A stretch of DNA of 63,843 nt, the filler included, from Octopus bimaculoides (taxonomy: Eukaryota): assembly GCF_001194135.2 (NCBI RefSeq). It is 6 parts of 6 records of this genome, joined end to end, with 100 filler letters (N's around TTAATTAATTAA, not from the genome) between each part and the next. Parts side by side here need not be neighbours in the genome. Positions count along the whole stretch, not along the records: positions 32,947 to 56,213 come from NC_068983.1; positions 56,314 to 62,403 come from NC_068997.1; 4 more parts are not named here. The stretch is one strand, 5' to 3'. The notes beneath the pieces are model-generated. The model was not told the DNA's origin, did no database searches, and saw only the letters and a program-made list of their open reading frames with translations. Shown here one piece after another: positions 48,496 through 60,299 of this stretch. A program made the position numbers and the translations under genes. Numbering within the stretch: position 1 is the stretch's first letter; every line of letters begins with the position of its first letter.

Positions 48496-50992
48496 TATTA
48501 TTATTGCTGTCGTTGTTTCAACTTGGTCTTTTAAAGTCTCACCAACGATTAATCTAGAAGTAGTGTCTCAATGAAAATACTAACCTTAGTTTCTGAAACT
48601 ACAGCGTACTTTTTTTTTATCTTAGGTCACTGCAACTAAACCACAGATATTTCTCCATAAATAATTTCAATATATGTAAATAAACTAACCAATGAGAGAC
48701 TGAAGCTCGACCAGCTAGAAATAGTTCCTATCTCTCCTTGGAATTACACATTACCGAATTGGGCAAATAGTGGCATATTCGACAATAGAGAGCAAAATCG
48801 ATAATGCTCCGAAGAGGGACGGGTGGCCATGATTATGAGATAGTTTTCTTTGTCAAATATATTGTCTGCTGTTTTTATTTGTCATATGATGCACTGCTTC
48901 GGTCTGTGAGCAGTGCTTGTAGCGTTTTCAATGTTTGTATTTTATTTCTCTTATACACTATTTCTCTCTCTCAATCACTCGCACACACGCACGCGTGCGC
49001 AAACACTTTCGCTCGCTCTCTTTTCATAATATAGTAAGCCCCATCATTCTCTCCTTTCAGCTCCTTCCCTCCAGTTATTCTTTACATTATTTCGCTTTCC
49101 TCTGGCCCTTCTCTGATTTTATATACCTTCAGCACACGATAAATTCATAAACACCTCCTACCTACACACAGCACACATGAATACGCAGCACACATGCAAA
49201 ATTTCATATGTTCTCACAAGTATACCCAAATATGATATATGTATATAAATATATATGCACACACACACATATATATATATCAAATACATATTACATAAAC
49301 ATACACATTATATATATGTATACATATATACACATTATACATACAAGCAGAAAGACCGCCCTCCGGGCGGTTTTCTACTAGCCCCTTGATAATATATTCA
49401 CATCTGATTCCAATTATAATCATTTTAAGATTCTACGTATTCTTTGTATAATAGTGTTCACTTGCTAACTAAAGATTTCTTTCATTATTTTATTAGACAC
49501 AATCTCTCTTTTTTAAACAAACATCACGGTAGTCCAACAATTGAAGGAGAGGCAGTTTGTCAAGTTTTACCTTCCCCTCAAAGCAACATAGAGATTTCAA
49601 TTCAGCAGCCCATCTGTAAGCTTTGCAGTGTGTGTATGACAGGGACAGTTGAATGAAATAAACATGATATGAAAAAATCTTATAAATAAAAGGTTATTAC
49701 TACAGATGTATACGTCCCCGACTTTGTTGCCACATTACATCCAGAAAAATAGATACTTTTTAATAAAAATCTTTACAAATACCGCTTAGATGTTGTGGCT
49801 TCAGAGTATATAGGGATTTCTGGGAAAGAATTTTTCTGAGGGGTGGAGAGAGGAGAGAGGAAAATTCGCACGATTTGATTTTTTACCCTCACAACTTTCA
49901 GGAAAATGGGTATCTTTTAATGAAAGTTTATACAAATCCCTTCTAAACGGCATAGTTTACGATTATAAAGAAATCTGTGTGGAAAATATTTTCGGCGAGT
50001 TTGCCCATTTTTTAAAACCACACTCTTCGAAATGATGGGATGGGGGGTGGGATGGGGTTCATCTTAGTATAAAAAAAAAGCTNNNNNNNNNNAAAAGCTT
50101 TGAAAACTCTTTTTTTTTATACCATTCCGTCATCATCCCACTCCGGACCTATTTTGGCCAATTTTTTTGCAGAGCGTTTTCGGTAAAAAAAAAATAATAA
50201 TATTTTCAGAGGGAAAAGTGAGTGATTTAAGGGGGATTTGGCTGTTGTTTCTAGCAGATCTAAATCTAACCCTCCTTGTTTCTTTATCACTCTCGCATGT
50301 ATTCGTGTTCTTCAATATTTTTCGCCCATAAATACATTTATATGTTATTAAAAAGAAAATTTGAGAAATTATGAATTTTTTGGCAACCTCACTCCCTGCC
50401 TCCGATTGTTTCTGTTTAGAAATTCAAATATTGGAGAGACTGAGAAGGTCATTGCCAGCATTTATCAACAAGGATCTTTTAAAATGTTACGTAAACAATA
50501 ATTCATTTTGATAGCATACTTTTCTGTTAGAAAATATTTTTTTCTTACACACACACACACACGTCTTCGTTTGATTGAGGTGGGGGTGAACATTTAGATT
50601 ACAATTTTTGTTTTGTTGCTTATATTCCACCAATGGACCATGCGTGTGTTACTTCGGCATCATCATTCCATAAAATGTGTTTAATGGGAGAAAAGAACTG
50701 ATAAACCATCAATACATGTGAGGAGTGTGAAAACAGAGAGTGGTTTGGGCTGTGCTAGAAACAATAAGTTTCACTTCAGTATTCGAATTTCATTTGTGAG
50801 AAAATAATTTTGTCGCTTTGAAACCGCGATCTGTTCACTGACAGCACTTCCCAAAAGTGATGCAGCACGAAGTTTTGTCAATGAGGACACACACACACAC
50901 ACACTCACACAGACACACATTCATTGCCTTTCATTTGTGTGTATGTGTATCTATGTGTGCGCGCGAGTGTGTATTGGTGTGAGTGTGTGTGT

Positions 50993-51223
50993 TATTTCTT
51001 TACTACCCACAAAGGGCTACACACAGAGGGGACAAACAAAGACAGACAAACGGATTAAGTCGATTATATCGACCCCAGTGCGTAACTGGTACTTATTTAA
51101 TCGACCCCGAAAGGATGAAGGGCAAAGTCGACCTCGGCGGAATTTGAACTCAGAACGTAGCGGCAGACGAAATACCGCTAAGCATTTCGCCCGGCGTGCT
51201 AACGGTTCTGCCAGCTCGCCGCC
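50993..51223 (-). mobile_element. SINE family B, full length, young-looking
   Basis: Reverse complement of 39077-39306 with few differences. Confidence 0.92.
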
Positions 51224-51705
51224 TTGTGTGTGTGTTACTGTTGAAGTCACTCATGCAACTTGTTTGTGTATATATTAGCTTAGTGGTATAGAATGTTTGG
51301 AAACTGTGAATAAGGTGCAAGTTTCGCGTACTTGTCGGTAACTTTTTCTCCTCGTCTTCTAATAGTAATTACCCAACTTTTTAAGCCTTTCTCACAGCTA
51401 TCCCGCGTTCAAAAATTATACGGGTATTAAAAAAAAATCATCCAATGTCTTTACAAATGGCGAATTAAAACTTAAAAGAGAAAGTGAGAGACTTTGCAAA
51501 TGAAAATGGAATACTCCGCAGTGAATGCAATGAATATTTAAATCTGTGCGAAATTGGAGTTTAAAAAATTCAAGAAACTTGAGAAATTGAAATTTTAGGA
51601 TATTTCTTAGAACATGAATTTATAAAAATATTTCCCAACGGTCAACCCTTTAATATGCATTTTTTTTAATACTTTGTACTTTTAGTAATTATTTCATACC
51701 TAATT

Positions 51706-51773
51706 TTGTTGGCACTCCGTTGGTTACGACGAGGAGTGTTCTAGTTGATCCGATCAAAGAAACAGCCTACTCG
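51706..51773 (-). mobile_element. SINE family C 3' end
   Basis: ttgttggcactccgt..acgacg..ctagttgatccgatcaa..aacagcct.ctcg. Confidence 0.75.
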
Positions 51774-52375
51774 GGTATTCTTCTAGTGAGAGTTCTAACG
51801 AGCTTTCAGACACATCTAATAATTCATACATTTTGTTATTCTTTTTTCCAACGGGGAAATCCATTATTTCTTTGCTCGTAGTTGGCTCCTCGCCAGACAA
51901 CATGCAATTCTTCGCTTCGACAGGAAAAACAAACATCTCTGTTCTAACGGTAGGCGTCTCGCTAGACGACATTCTTCCCCCCACCCCCAACGGGGGACTG
52001 AACAACGCGTGCTTTCTACAAGCACTTAGTGTTTTCAAATGAACACGCCAACAGTTACGAAATTCAACAATTTAAGAAGAAACAGTAGTTGTTATAAATC
52101 GGCGTGCTAAGGATTATCTTGGCAGTTACCGTGGTTTCTCTTGATTCGGTTTCAGATGCCGACTAATCTCAACGGTCCTTTTGTGATATCCGAGCTAACA
52201 ATAAGTGGCAGGCTCTGGTAACTTTTCTCGCTGGGTAGATGAATTAATAGTGTTAATAATTATAAAGAGAACAGAGATTTTTATTATTCATATCCATAAT
52301 TTTATTTAACATTTATTTACATCATTTTTACGGGACAAATAAAAATGTCCGTTCTCCTTATATCATATATATATA

Positions 52376-52588
52376 TGAGAGGCTGCTAAGATCCTGGCTT
52401 TGGGTAAAAGAAAATACAAGAGGATCAGTTAATTATGGTTTTATTGAACGTATGTCCCTCTCAGAGTCACACACTTATTGCAGTGGTTCTTCAATTTTTC
52501 TAAGCCTTGTAAAAGAACTCGGAACGTTGGACCTCCAACTAGGCCTTTCGCGACACCCTTTTAGCCAGGAACTTTTCAGCACCCTTTG
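52376..52588. mobile_element. Mariner-type MITE, TA TSD
   Basis: TA|tgagaggctgctaagatcctggct ... agccaggaacttttcagcaccctttg|TA; imperfect TIRs. Confidence 0.7.
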
Positions 52589-52623
52589 TACACGCACGCA
52601 TACACAGACACGCACACACATGC

Positions 52624-52661
<38 letters not shown>

Positions 52662-54171
52662 TTGTTTGTGTGTATATATGAATATGTATGTGTGTGTACT
52701 TGCACGCGTTTGTGTCCACGTGTATATGCATATATATGACTTTGTGTGTGTATGTATAGATACAGATAGACATACATTACATGCACACACGCATGCATTT
52801 CGGTTCTACAGTAAGGGAACACCTGCAAACATCATGTGCAATCTGAATTATCATTCTAAAAATTACAATTAGAGTGTCTCCCTTTAATATAATTACTATA
52901 ATCATGGCTTGTAATGCTGAAATTAGAAAAGCGTTTAATGTGTTGCTTCTTTATTACCAGTTTTGATAAATTTGAGTGGAAACACCTTTTTCATTAGGCT
53001 TTTGTGATTAATGAGTTGGAGCTTTATGTAATTAGATTCTGCAAAATCTCTGGATTTCACTGATGGCTTCAGCGCAAGAAATATTTGTCAGCTTCCAAGG
53101 AGAGGAAAATTTTGTTACCTCGTTATGAATTTCAAGACCCTCAAAAGCTAGCTGGATTGAAATTAAATGTTCAATTAAATATATACGTAGAATACAATAG
53201 ATCAACAAAATAAAGTAAGAAGTTTGTGAGGTTAGAAAATTTAAAGTTACGAAAAGATATCTCAGAATTTAGGACAAACAGAAAGATCACGAAGTAAAAA
53301 ACGGAAAAAAATAATTTCTGGTGAAGGAAAAATAAAACACTCCGTTCCACAAGAATTCCACTAAATATGATTGGAAAATGTGTCCAGAAACACTTTAAGA
53401 TTCATGAAATAATCCAGAGATAGCTTAACTTTTAAAAACTGTTCATTTGGGTTAACTAAAAATTTTGTCCATCCAGATACTTAATCAGAAACCATCGAAT
53501 TAAAATCATGGGAATGATTTCATTTAAGCAGAGAGGAAAATACTTGAAGCAGTGACATAAGACTTTAGGGGTATTTCATAAATAGACGTGATGAATGGCT
53601 TATTTTCTGCCATGAATTCTTACTGAAATGCGAAAGCATAAATCAGTTAAATTATATGAGTGTTTTTCGAAAATCATGAAATTCGCAAAACTTTCTCCAG
53701 ACTTAAAAACCACGTTGAGAATTTATGACAAATTATTAAGTTAAAACTAAATTCAAGAGATTTAGGAGTTTTATTCTTAGCAATTCACGAAAACCTGTGC
53801 AGATAATTTTGGATAATGCATTGAAATAACTAAAATAAACATAACATACACTGGTGATTAAATTGTGGTCATAAACATACAATAAAGCTATTTTTCTTTA
53901 AATTCTCATTACATTATTATTGCTGGCAAAGCGGACTACATGCTCCTCAACATTTCGTCCAAATTTACGCTCTCAGTTCAAATTCTGCCGGCGTCCATTT
54001 TGCATTTCATCATTTTGGCCTTGTACCTATAATAGAAGGGGTTATTATTAATTTTATTATTATTTGATTTCAAGAAAAATAATTTGATTTTGAAAACAAA
54101 TTTCGCAATTTGTAATTGGTGGCACGTGTACACACACACATATGTATACACACACACATATATAGGTATTA

Positions 54172-54210
<39 letters not shown>

Positions 54211-54699
54211 AATGCACATACATGCTTCCATGTTTGTATCGCAAAGTGTTATGATGAACAATATAAAACCATTCATTACATGTGGCGGAGTTAAATATTC
54301 AGTTATAGTATCTGTAAGGAACATGCTTAAAAGATTGTTTCTATTGTTTCTTGAGTTCAAATGTCACCTTTACATCAAAACAACGTAGCTGATAACATTG
54401 AAAAGGTGGACACAAGAATGAACTACGCACTTCCTACATCAACTTCCATCTGCAGATATTTAAATTAGATATTCAAGTAAATTCATTCTAAAAATCATCT
54501 CAATTTGTAAAACTGCTTCATCAATTTGTGTGCATTCGTGCATATGTTGGTGCGATTAATGCCACTTGGTTTGGTGGTTCGGCCTTTTTCTAGAATGTTA
54601 AAAAACGCCTTGAAGTGTCAGATTTGTTTAAATTATTGGATCTGATGCCTATATAGTTATCACACTGAAATTTATCGGTAGAAAATTTTTCTTAGAATT

Positions 54700-55450
54700 A
54701 TATAAATATACAGATTCTTCGTATATGGTTTCTAATGCTAAAGAATTTTCAATGGATGCGCAACTTTCCTTTAATTTTCCAAATATAGTTGGAAAATCTA
54801 ATGGCTTTCCTCTTCTCTATATTTCTGAGGCAATATGAAAATTTATCTAATTCAATATGTTTGCTCAAGGTTCTGGCTCTTCGAGATAATCCCAACCTCG
54901 CAGGAAATAACCCCGTTGCCCCAGCGTTGCGCGATAAATTAAGTTGGCTTGTTGTCAATACGAGTAATTTATCTCGACTTGTTTGACTTTAATATTAAAC
55001 TATTGTACAGTATATCACAGTATATTATATTGAAATAATTCCTTCTAATGATAGTCTTTTGGAAAATGATGATTAAAAAGCCTGGAAATTTATACTGAAT
55101 TTTACATGTAACGGGAAGGGACGATGTGATCAGACGATTTTTACGTATTTTGCTGCTAATGTGTATGGGAAGATCAGGATGTAATGAATATTACCATTAT
55201 ATCTGCTTGATGCCAGTGTGTTATTACAGTAAAAGCACGGTATATCGAAATGGCTTTTGTGTGGCATTATGATGGGAATTGTAATATTAATAACTTCACA
55301 ATGTTTCTAAAAGCATTGGCGAGAAGCTGGAGTAATTTATAATCTATATGATGCTTTTGCATGCTTTCTAACGCGGCTCATTTTCATGCATATGTAGGTT
55401 GGCTGTAAAGTCGAAGACGTTAACTATACACATGTCCGTGGAAATCGTTA
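54700..55450 (-). mobile_element. Decayed Penelope-like element (RT C-terminus plus GIY-YIG endonuclease)
   Basis: Minus remnants NLIYRATL, KRKAIRFSNYIWKIK (T.LS.YIW.LK motif), IVNVFDFT (V.FLD), in PLE order; frameshifted. Confidence 0.55.
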
Positions 55451-55551
55451 TATTAAAGCCGAAATTGAAGTGCAAATTATTACACGCATTTATACCATAC
55501 ATACATATACACACACACACACACACACACATACATACATACATACATACA

Positions 55552-55583
<32 letters not shown>

Positions 55584-55589
55584 ATATAT

Positions 55590-55917
55590 GTTCATCCTCA
55601 AAATTTTATTATTATTTTACAATTTTATACAGCATATTTTTATGGTAATTACGACCTACACTTGTTTCCACAACACATACTACGGCCAGTTGCAGATGCA
55701 GCCGGCCATGATTTCTGGTGCAGCCTCTTCAGGATCTATCCATTAGCTTCGAAACTAGCCAAATGAACAGACCCTGAAGAAGCTGCACCGAAAATCGTTC
55801 CCAGTTGCATCTACAAATGTCCGTAATATGTGCACTGCAAACACGTGTAGGTCGTAATAGCCATAAAGATATGCTGTATAAAACTACAAAAGTAACAAGC
55901 AAATTTTGATGATGAAC
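55590..55917. mobile_element. 328-bp near-complete palindrome centred on TTCGAA
   Basis: gttcatcctcaaaattt..tacagcatat..ttacgacctacac..ggtgcagcctcttcagg versus cctgaagaagctgcacc..gtgtaggtcgtaa..atatgctgta..aaattttgatgatgaac. Confidence 0.85.
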
Positions 55918-56140
55918 AAGTCCCCATATTCTATATCGTTCTAATCATTGCTAATATATACTCGAAAAAATATTACCGTCCAATGAAGCGAACACGGAAT
56001 TACCCATCAGAGGAACTTACAGAGTGATTGACAACTAATAGTATTCATACGCATTAAATATTCTTCGATGTGGTTAGCCGTAACCTAGAAATTAACTGAG
56101 AGCCACCACAGTATGAGCCCGGATAATATGTCTGTCCAAA

Positions 56141-56213
<73 letters not shown>

Positions 56214-56313
56214 NNNNNNNNNNNNNNNNNNNNNNNNNNNNNNNNNNNNNNNNNNNNTTAATTAATTAANNNNNNNNNNNNNNNNNNNNNNNNNNNNNNN
56301 NNNNNNNNNNNNN
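56214..56313. other. Artificial scaffold-joining spacer
   Basis: 44 N + TTAATTAATTAA + 44 N. Confidence 0.97.
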
Positions 56314-57354
56314 AAAACTTTAATTTCACGTGAATTACTTCGTCATATTATTGCTGGAAATTACTCTGAAAGAAATCTTTGCAAGGCTAAATTTATAAGA
56401 TCGCCGCTTTCCGTAAAAATAAAAACATTTTTTATATATGTGGGGATTTTTTTTTTATATAAAGGGGATCTTTTGAAGTCGGCATAAAAGCGAAAGAGAT
56501 AGAGAGAGCGCGATTGGATCAGGGAACTTCTTTTGAAGTTGGCGTGCCGTGTGTGTGTGTTTGATGGGGTGTGCGAGACAGAAAGTGTGGTGTGTATGTG
56601 AAGAGACAGAGAGAGTAATGTTGCTGGTGTGTGTGTGTGTGTATGTGTGAGAGAGAGGTTCTCTATGTTGTATGTATGTATGTATGAATGAATGGCTTAA
56701 GTGAGACACACACACACACATATCAATATATGAATGTGTGTGTATATATATATATATGTGTGTGTGTGTTTCCTTTCCTGAGCGTCCAATAACACTACTT
56801 GTTCCACGTCTTCGCGTTGTGTTTTTCTTGCTTGTTCTTGTTTGTATTGACTATATATATATATATATATATATAAGTTTAAATAATAAGGGTAAAAAAT
56901 TGAATATTAATTTGATTAATATCAATTTAAAACCAGTAGCCTAGCATATTGAAAAATCGGAAGATTCAGAAAAAATATATTACATACATATAATAGGCAT
57001 GACCACTAAGAGGACATCATTATGCTATTTGTAGATCCCATATGGTCTGGTCTGACTGCTTAGAAAAGATTATTCTCAAGAAAATTCAGCAAACGCCAGA
57101 ACGTAAGTGAGCAAGACTTCAAAAGATCCCATATGTAAAAAAAAAAAAGAAAAGAAAATTTTTACGGAAAGCGACGATCATCTTCACATATGTAAATAAA
57201 CACACGTGGTTTATAATGACAGTCATGTGACTAGTATCATAGGCAATCTTTCGTTTTGAGTACAGTTTACGTCACGTGCTTTTGAAAAAAAATTGTCGCT
57301 TTCCATTAAAATCTAAAAAATTTTTTTTACTTATATGGGGAGACAGGGGACTTA

Positions 57355-58051
57355 GGATCTTTGGGGTTTGACGGGCAACATTTGTTTTCTTAACGAAACA
57401 CTTTCAAACTTGGGACACTGGTAGAATGTGTCATATAAAACAACTTTTTCTCTTAACCTTCTTAACAAAATTTTGTACATCGCAAGTTATTTCATGTTAA
57501 AGTTGTCGTATTTCTGTAATTTCAACCAATCACTGACGTCTATTCAGCTGAATACAATTACTGCTGTTCGGTGTCAAGTGTGTTATTCCCTGTTTAATTA
57601 TATCATTATTCCCTAGTAAGGGTTTTAGGGTTAGGGGGTTGGGGTTAGGGTTAGAGTTAAGGTTATGGCAAAAATAATCATAACCGTAATCCTAAAACTA
57701 ACCCTAACTCTAAAACCCGAACCCTAACCCAAAAGCTAAAACCAGTACAAACGCACGAACGATGTCATAAATAAGAGTAACACGGGTAGTTGTTGACAAA
57801 CAACGGGACTAATTTTATTCAAGGGAAAAGATCCCATGACACCGTTACGGCATTAATTGTTTTCACCTCAATAGACGTCAGTGATTGGTTGAAATTACCG
57901 AAATATGACAATTTTTTTACATAAAATAACTTCGAATACAAAATTTTTTATCTGTTTTATACCACAAAATATACAAATATTCAAAGTTTGAAAGTGTTTC
58001 GGTACCAAAAACACTACAAAAAAAATGTTGCCCGTCAAACCCCAAAGATCC
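57355..58051. mobile_element. Merlin-type palindromic MITE (GG..CC termini, 8-bp TSD GGGACTTA) with telomere-like core
   Basis: GGGACTTA|ggatctttggggtttgacgggcaaca ... tgttgcccgtcaaaccccaaagatcc|GGGACTTA; inner arms caaccaatcactgacgtctatt / aatagacgtcagtgattggttg; TTAGGG-like 57617-57665 facing CCCTAA-like 57681-57743. Confidence 0.85.
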
Positions 58052-60299
58052 GGGACTTATCTTTTGAAGTTGGCATAAAGCGAAAGAGAGAGAGAGGAAT
58101 TGATGTGTGTGTTGATGGGGTGTGCAAGACAGAAAGTGTAGTGTGTATGTAAAGTTGTTTTGTTAATGTGTGTGAAGATATAGAGAGAGCAATGGATGTA
58201 TGTGTTGATGGGGTTTGCCAGACCGAAAGTGTATGTATGTGAAGGTGTTTTACTGGTGTGTGTGTGTGTGTGTGATTGAGAGAGAGAGAGAGAGATATAA
58301 CTGAAATTTTTAAAATTACTTTTTGTAGTGAGTAAATGTGTGATTGATTGACAGAGAGAGAGAGAGAGGTTGTTATGTTTGTATGTGTGACTGGCTAGCT
58401 TCAGTGGCACACACACACATACACACACACACGCAATCACATATTGCATACATGTTTTTTGTACGCATACATGTTCGTGTGCATGAGAGAGAGAGAAGGT
58501 ATGTTTTTTGCTTGTTGTTTGCATGTATGTTTATGTAACGGTCTGCTATGTAGAAAATGATGACGTTGACGCAATGGAATAATGACAGTGGTCGAAGTTA
58601 TAGACAAAATATTTTTATTTAATCATTACATGTGATCATATCAACAATCACAGAGTATATCTGTACAAGGAGTGTGCTTTCTCGACTACTGCCGTGCAGC
58701 CTTAAATTTCTACTTGTCCTGTTTTCATCATTCTGGCATGCAAGGAACTGATAGAGCAATGTCTGTTGATGTGACGATGATGAAATAGTAAGAGAAAAAC
58801 GGGAGAGTTATAAAGTGAGGAGGAGATATCCTTCTCATGAGAAAAGAGTTGCATGCAAAGGAAAAAAAAAGTTAAGAGTCTATATGAGAGTCTATAGTTG
58901 TGCACAGAAACTGGGTGCAAGCATGCATATATGCATGTGTAAATTGTGTTGTGCAGCAAAAGGAATGAACAGTACAAAATGAGTAAAGAAAAGTGACAAA
59001 ACCTGATTGGTAATAGTGTCCTGTGTGAAACGTCTATGCTGAAAAGTGAGAAAAGGTGTTCTAAATGTTGCATTTATATATGCCAACTGTTTCTCTGGAT
59101 CTGTGCATCGGTTTGCAGTACAATGTCTGGCATGTTGAAAGTAATTGGTGGGTGTCCATTGAGTCAGTGACTTCCTTTCGTGTTGTGTGGCAATGAAACT
59201 GAAAACTGTGTGTCGTGAAAGTTTGTGTCTTGTAATTCTTGTTGATGCGATTGGCATGGACTGTGATTGTTTTCAAGAGGTCGTGCCATGCAGAAGCAGT
59301 AAGTCTTTGAAGTTGAGTTCACCAAATGTAATGGATAAGGTAACGAAGACTGTAATTCTGTAACTTGGGGGTCAGCAATTGTGGCAGGGTTGTTGTGTTC
59401 GAATCATGTTCGAGGTAACCAATTGTATTGTTGTGGCTAATGTATTCTAATAACGTTGGTCGGTCACCAATTGTTGTAGCTGTCTAGCCGTGTACCATGT
59501 AGTGTGTAATGACAAAAACTTTGCTCACTGGTTGTAGTTGACAGGGAGATGTGTTCTGTCAGTAGAAAGAGAAAGCGCAGGCAATGCTCGATACTGACAA
59601 TAGAGAATGTAAAGGTGGCATTGTCACTTCTTGATTTCAGCCAATTGTAAAAAAAGAGGTATACCGCCATGATTGCTGTTGTTTTCGTGTGGTGTCCGTG
59701 TAGACCTGGAAAGGTTTTAAGTCAAATGGAAAACACATCAGTTGACTTAGCAAAGCCATGTGATGAAAGTAACTCAAAGAACAATGCAGTTGATTCATTA
59801 GGGTAAATTTACCAATTTAGGTTCGAATTTACTCTGTCCAAATGAAGAGAGTTCATTCTAACCATTTCTCTTATTTCTGTAAAATCCATGCACTTGTTTT
59901 GAAAATTGTGGAAGCAAATTTCAGAGAAGGAAATGAAAATGTTATTAATTGAGTGTAGTAGCAATTTTTTCTTTTTTTTTTTAAATTTTTAATTTGGTTC
60001 AGACTCTTGGTGTACCAATTTTGATTACCAATTCAAAAGCCATTAAAAGAAAAACAAAAAGAATGAAACATTAGACCAAATTTTGCTTGCATGGGTTATT
60101 TCTGTGTAGAAGACAATTTTGTAAAGGTATTTTAAAATTCTGATAAATATACAAGTTAGAAGATCCGAAAGGTGCACAGAGAAAAGAAAGAAATGCAAAT
60201 TACTAAGATACAAAAGAAGTAAATATAAAATTATATAGATTCCCATGAATTTGAGGCTAAATTAAACAACAGAACACATTTTATGAACTTTATAAAACA

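Noticed and set aside
49496-49620. Exon candidates on both strands (AG..GTAAGC on plus; CAG..GTAAAA on minus)
   Set aside because: Mutually exclusive, weak splice signals, no homology recognised.
52900-53900. Possible second Penelope-like remnant on the plus strand (..KRKKII.., MIGKC..KHF)
   Set aside because: Only vague motif resemblance in very AT-rich sequence with many stops.
57617-57743. True telomere or chromosome-fusion site
   Set aside because: The repeats are short and degenerate and are enclosed within a TIR element with a perfect TSD; better explained as transposon-borne.
58534-59930. Possible Gypsy-like LTR retrotransposon remnant (TGTAAC edge, VHANRI and S..Y.SFF..G..E..MP-like pieces on minus)
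   Set aside because: Motifs are too short and degraded, with no second LTR, PBS or PPT identified; I cannot support it without a homology search.
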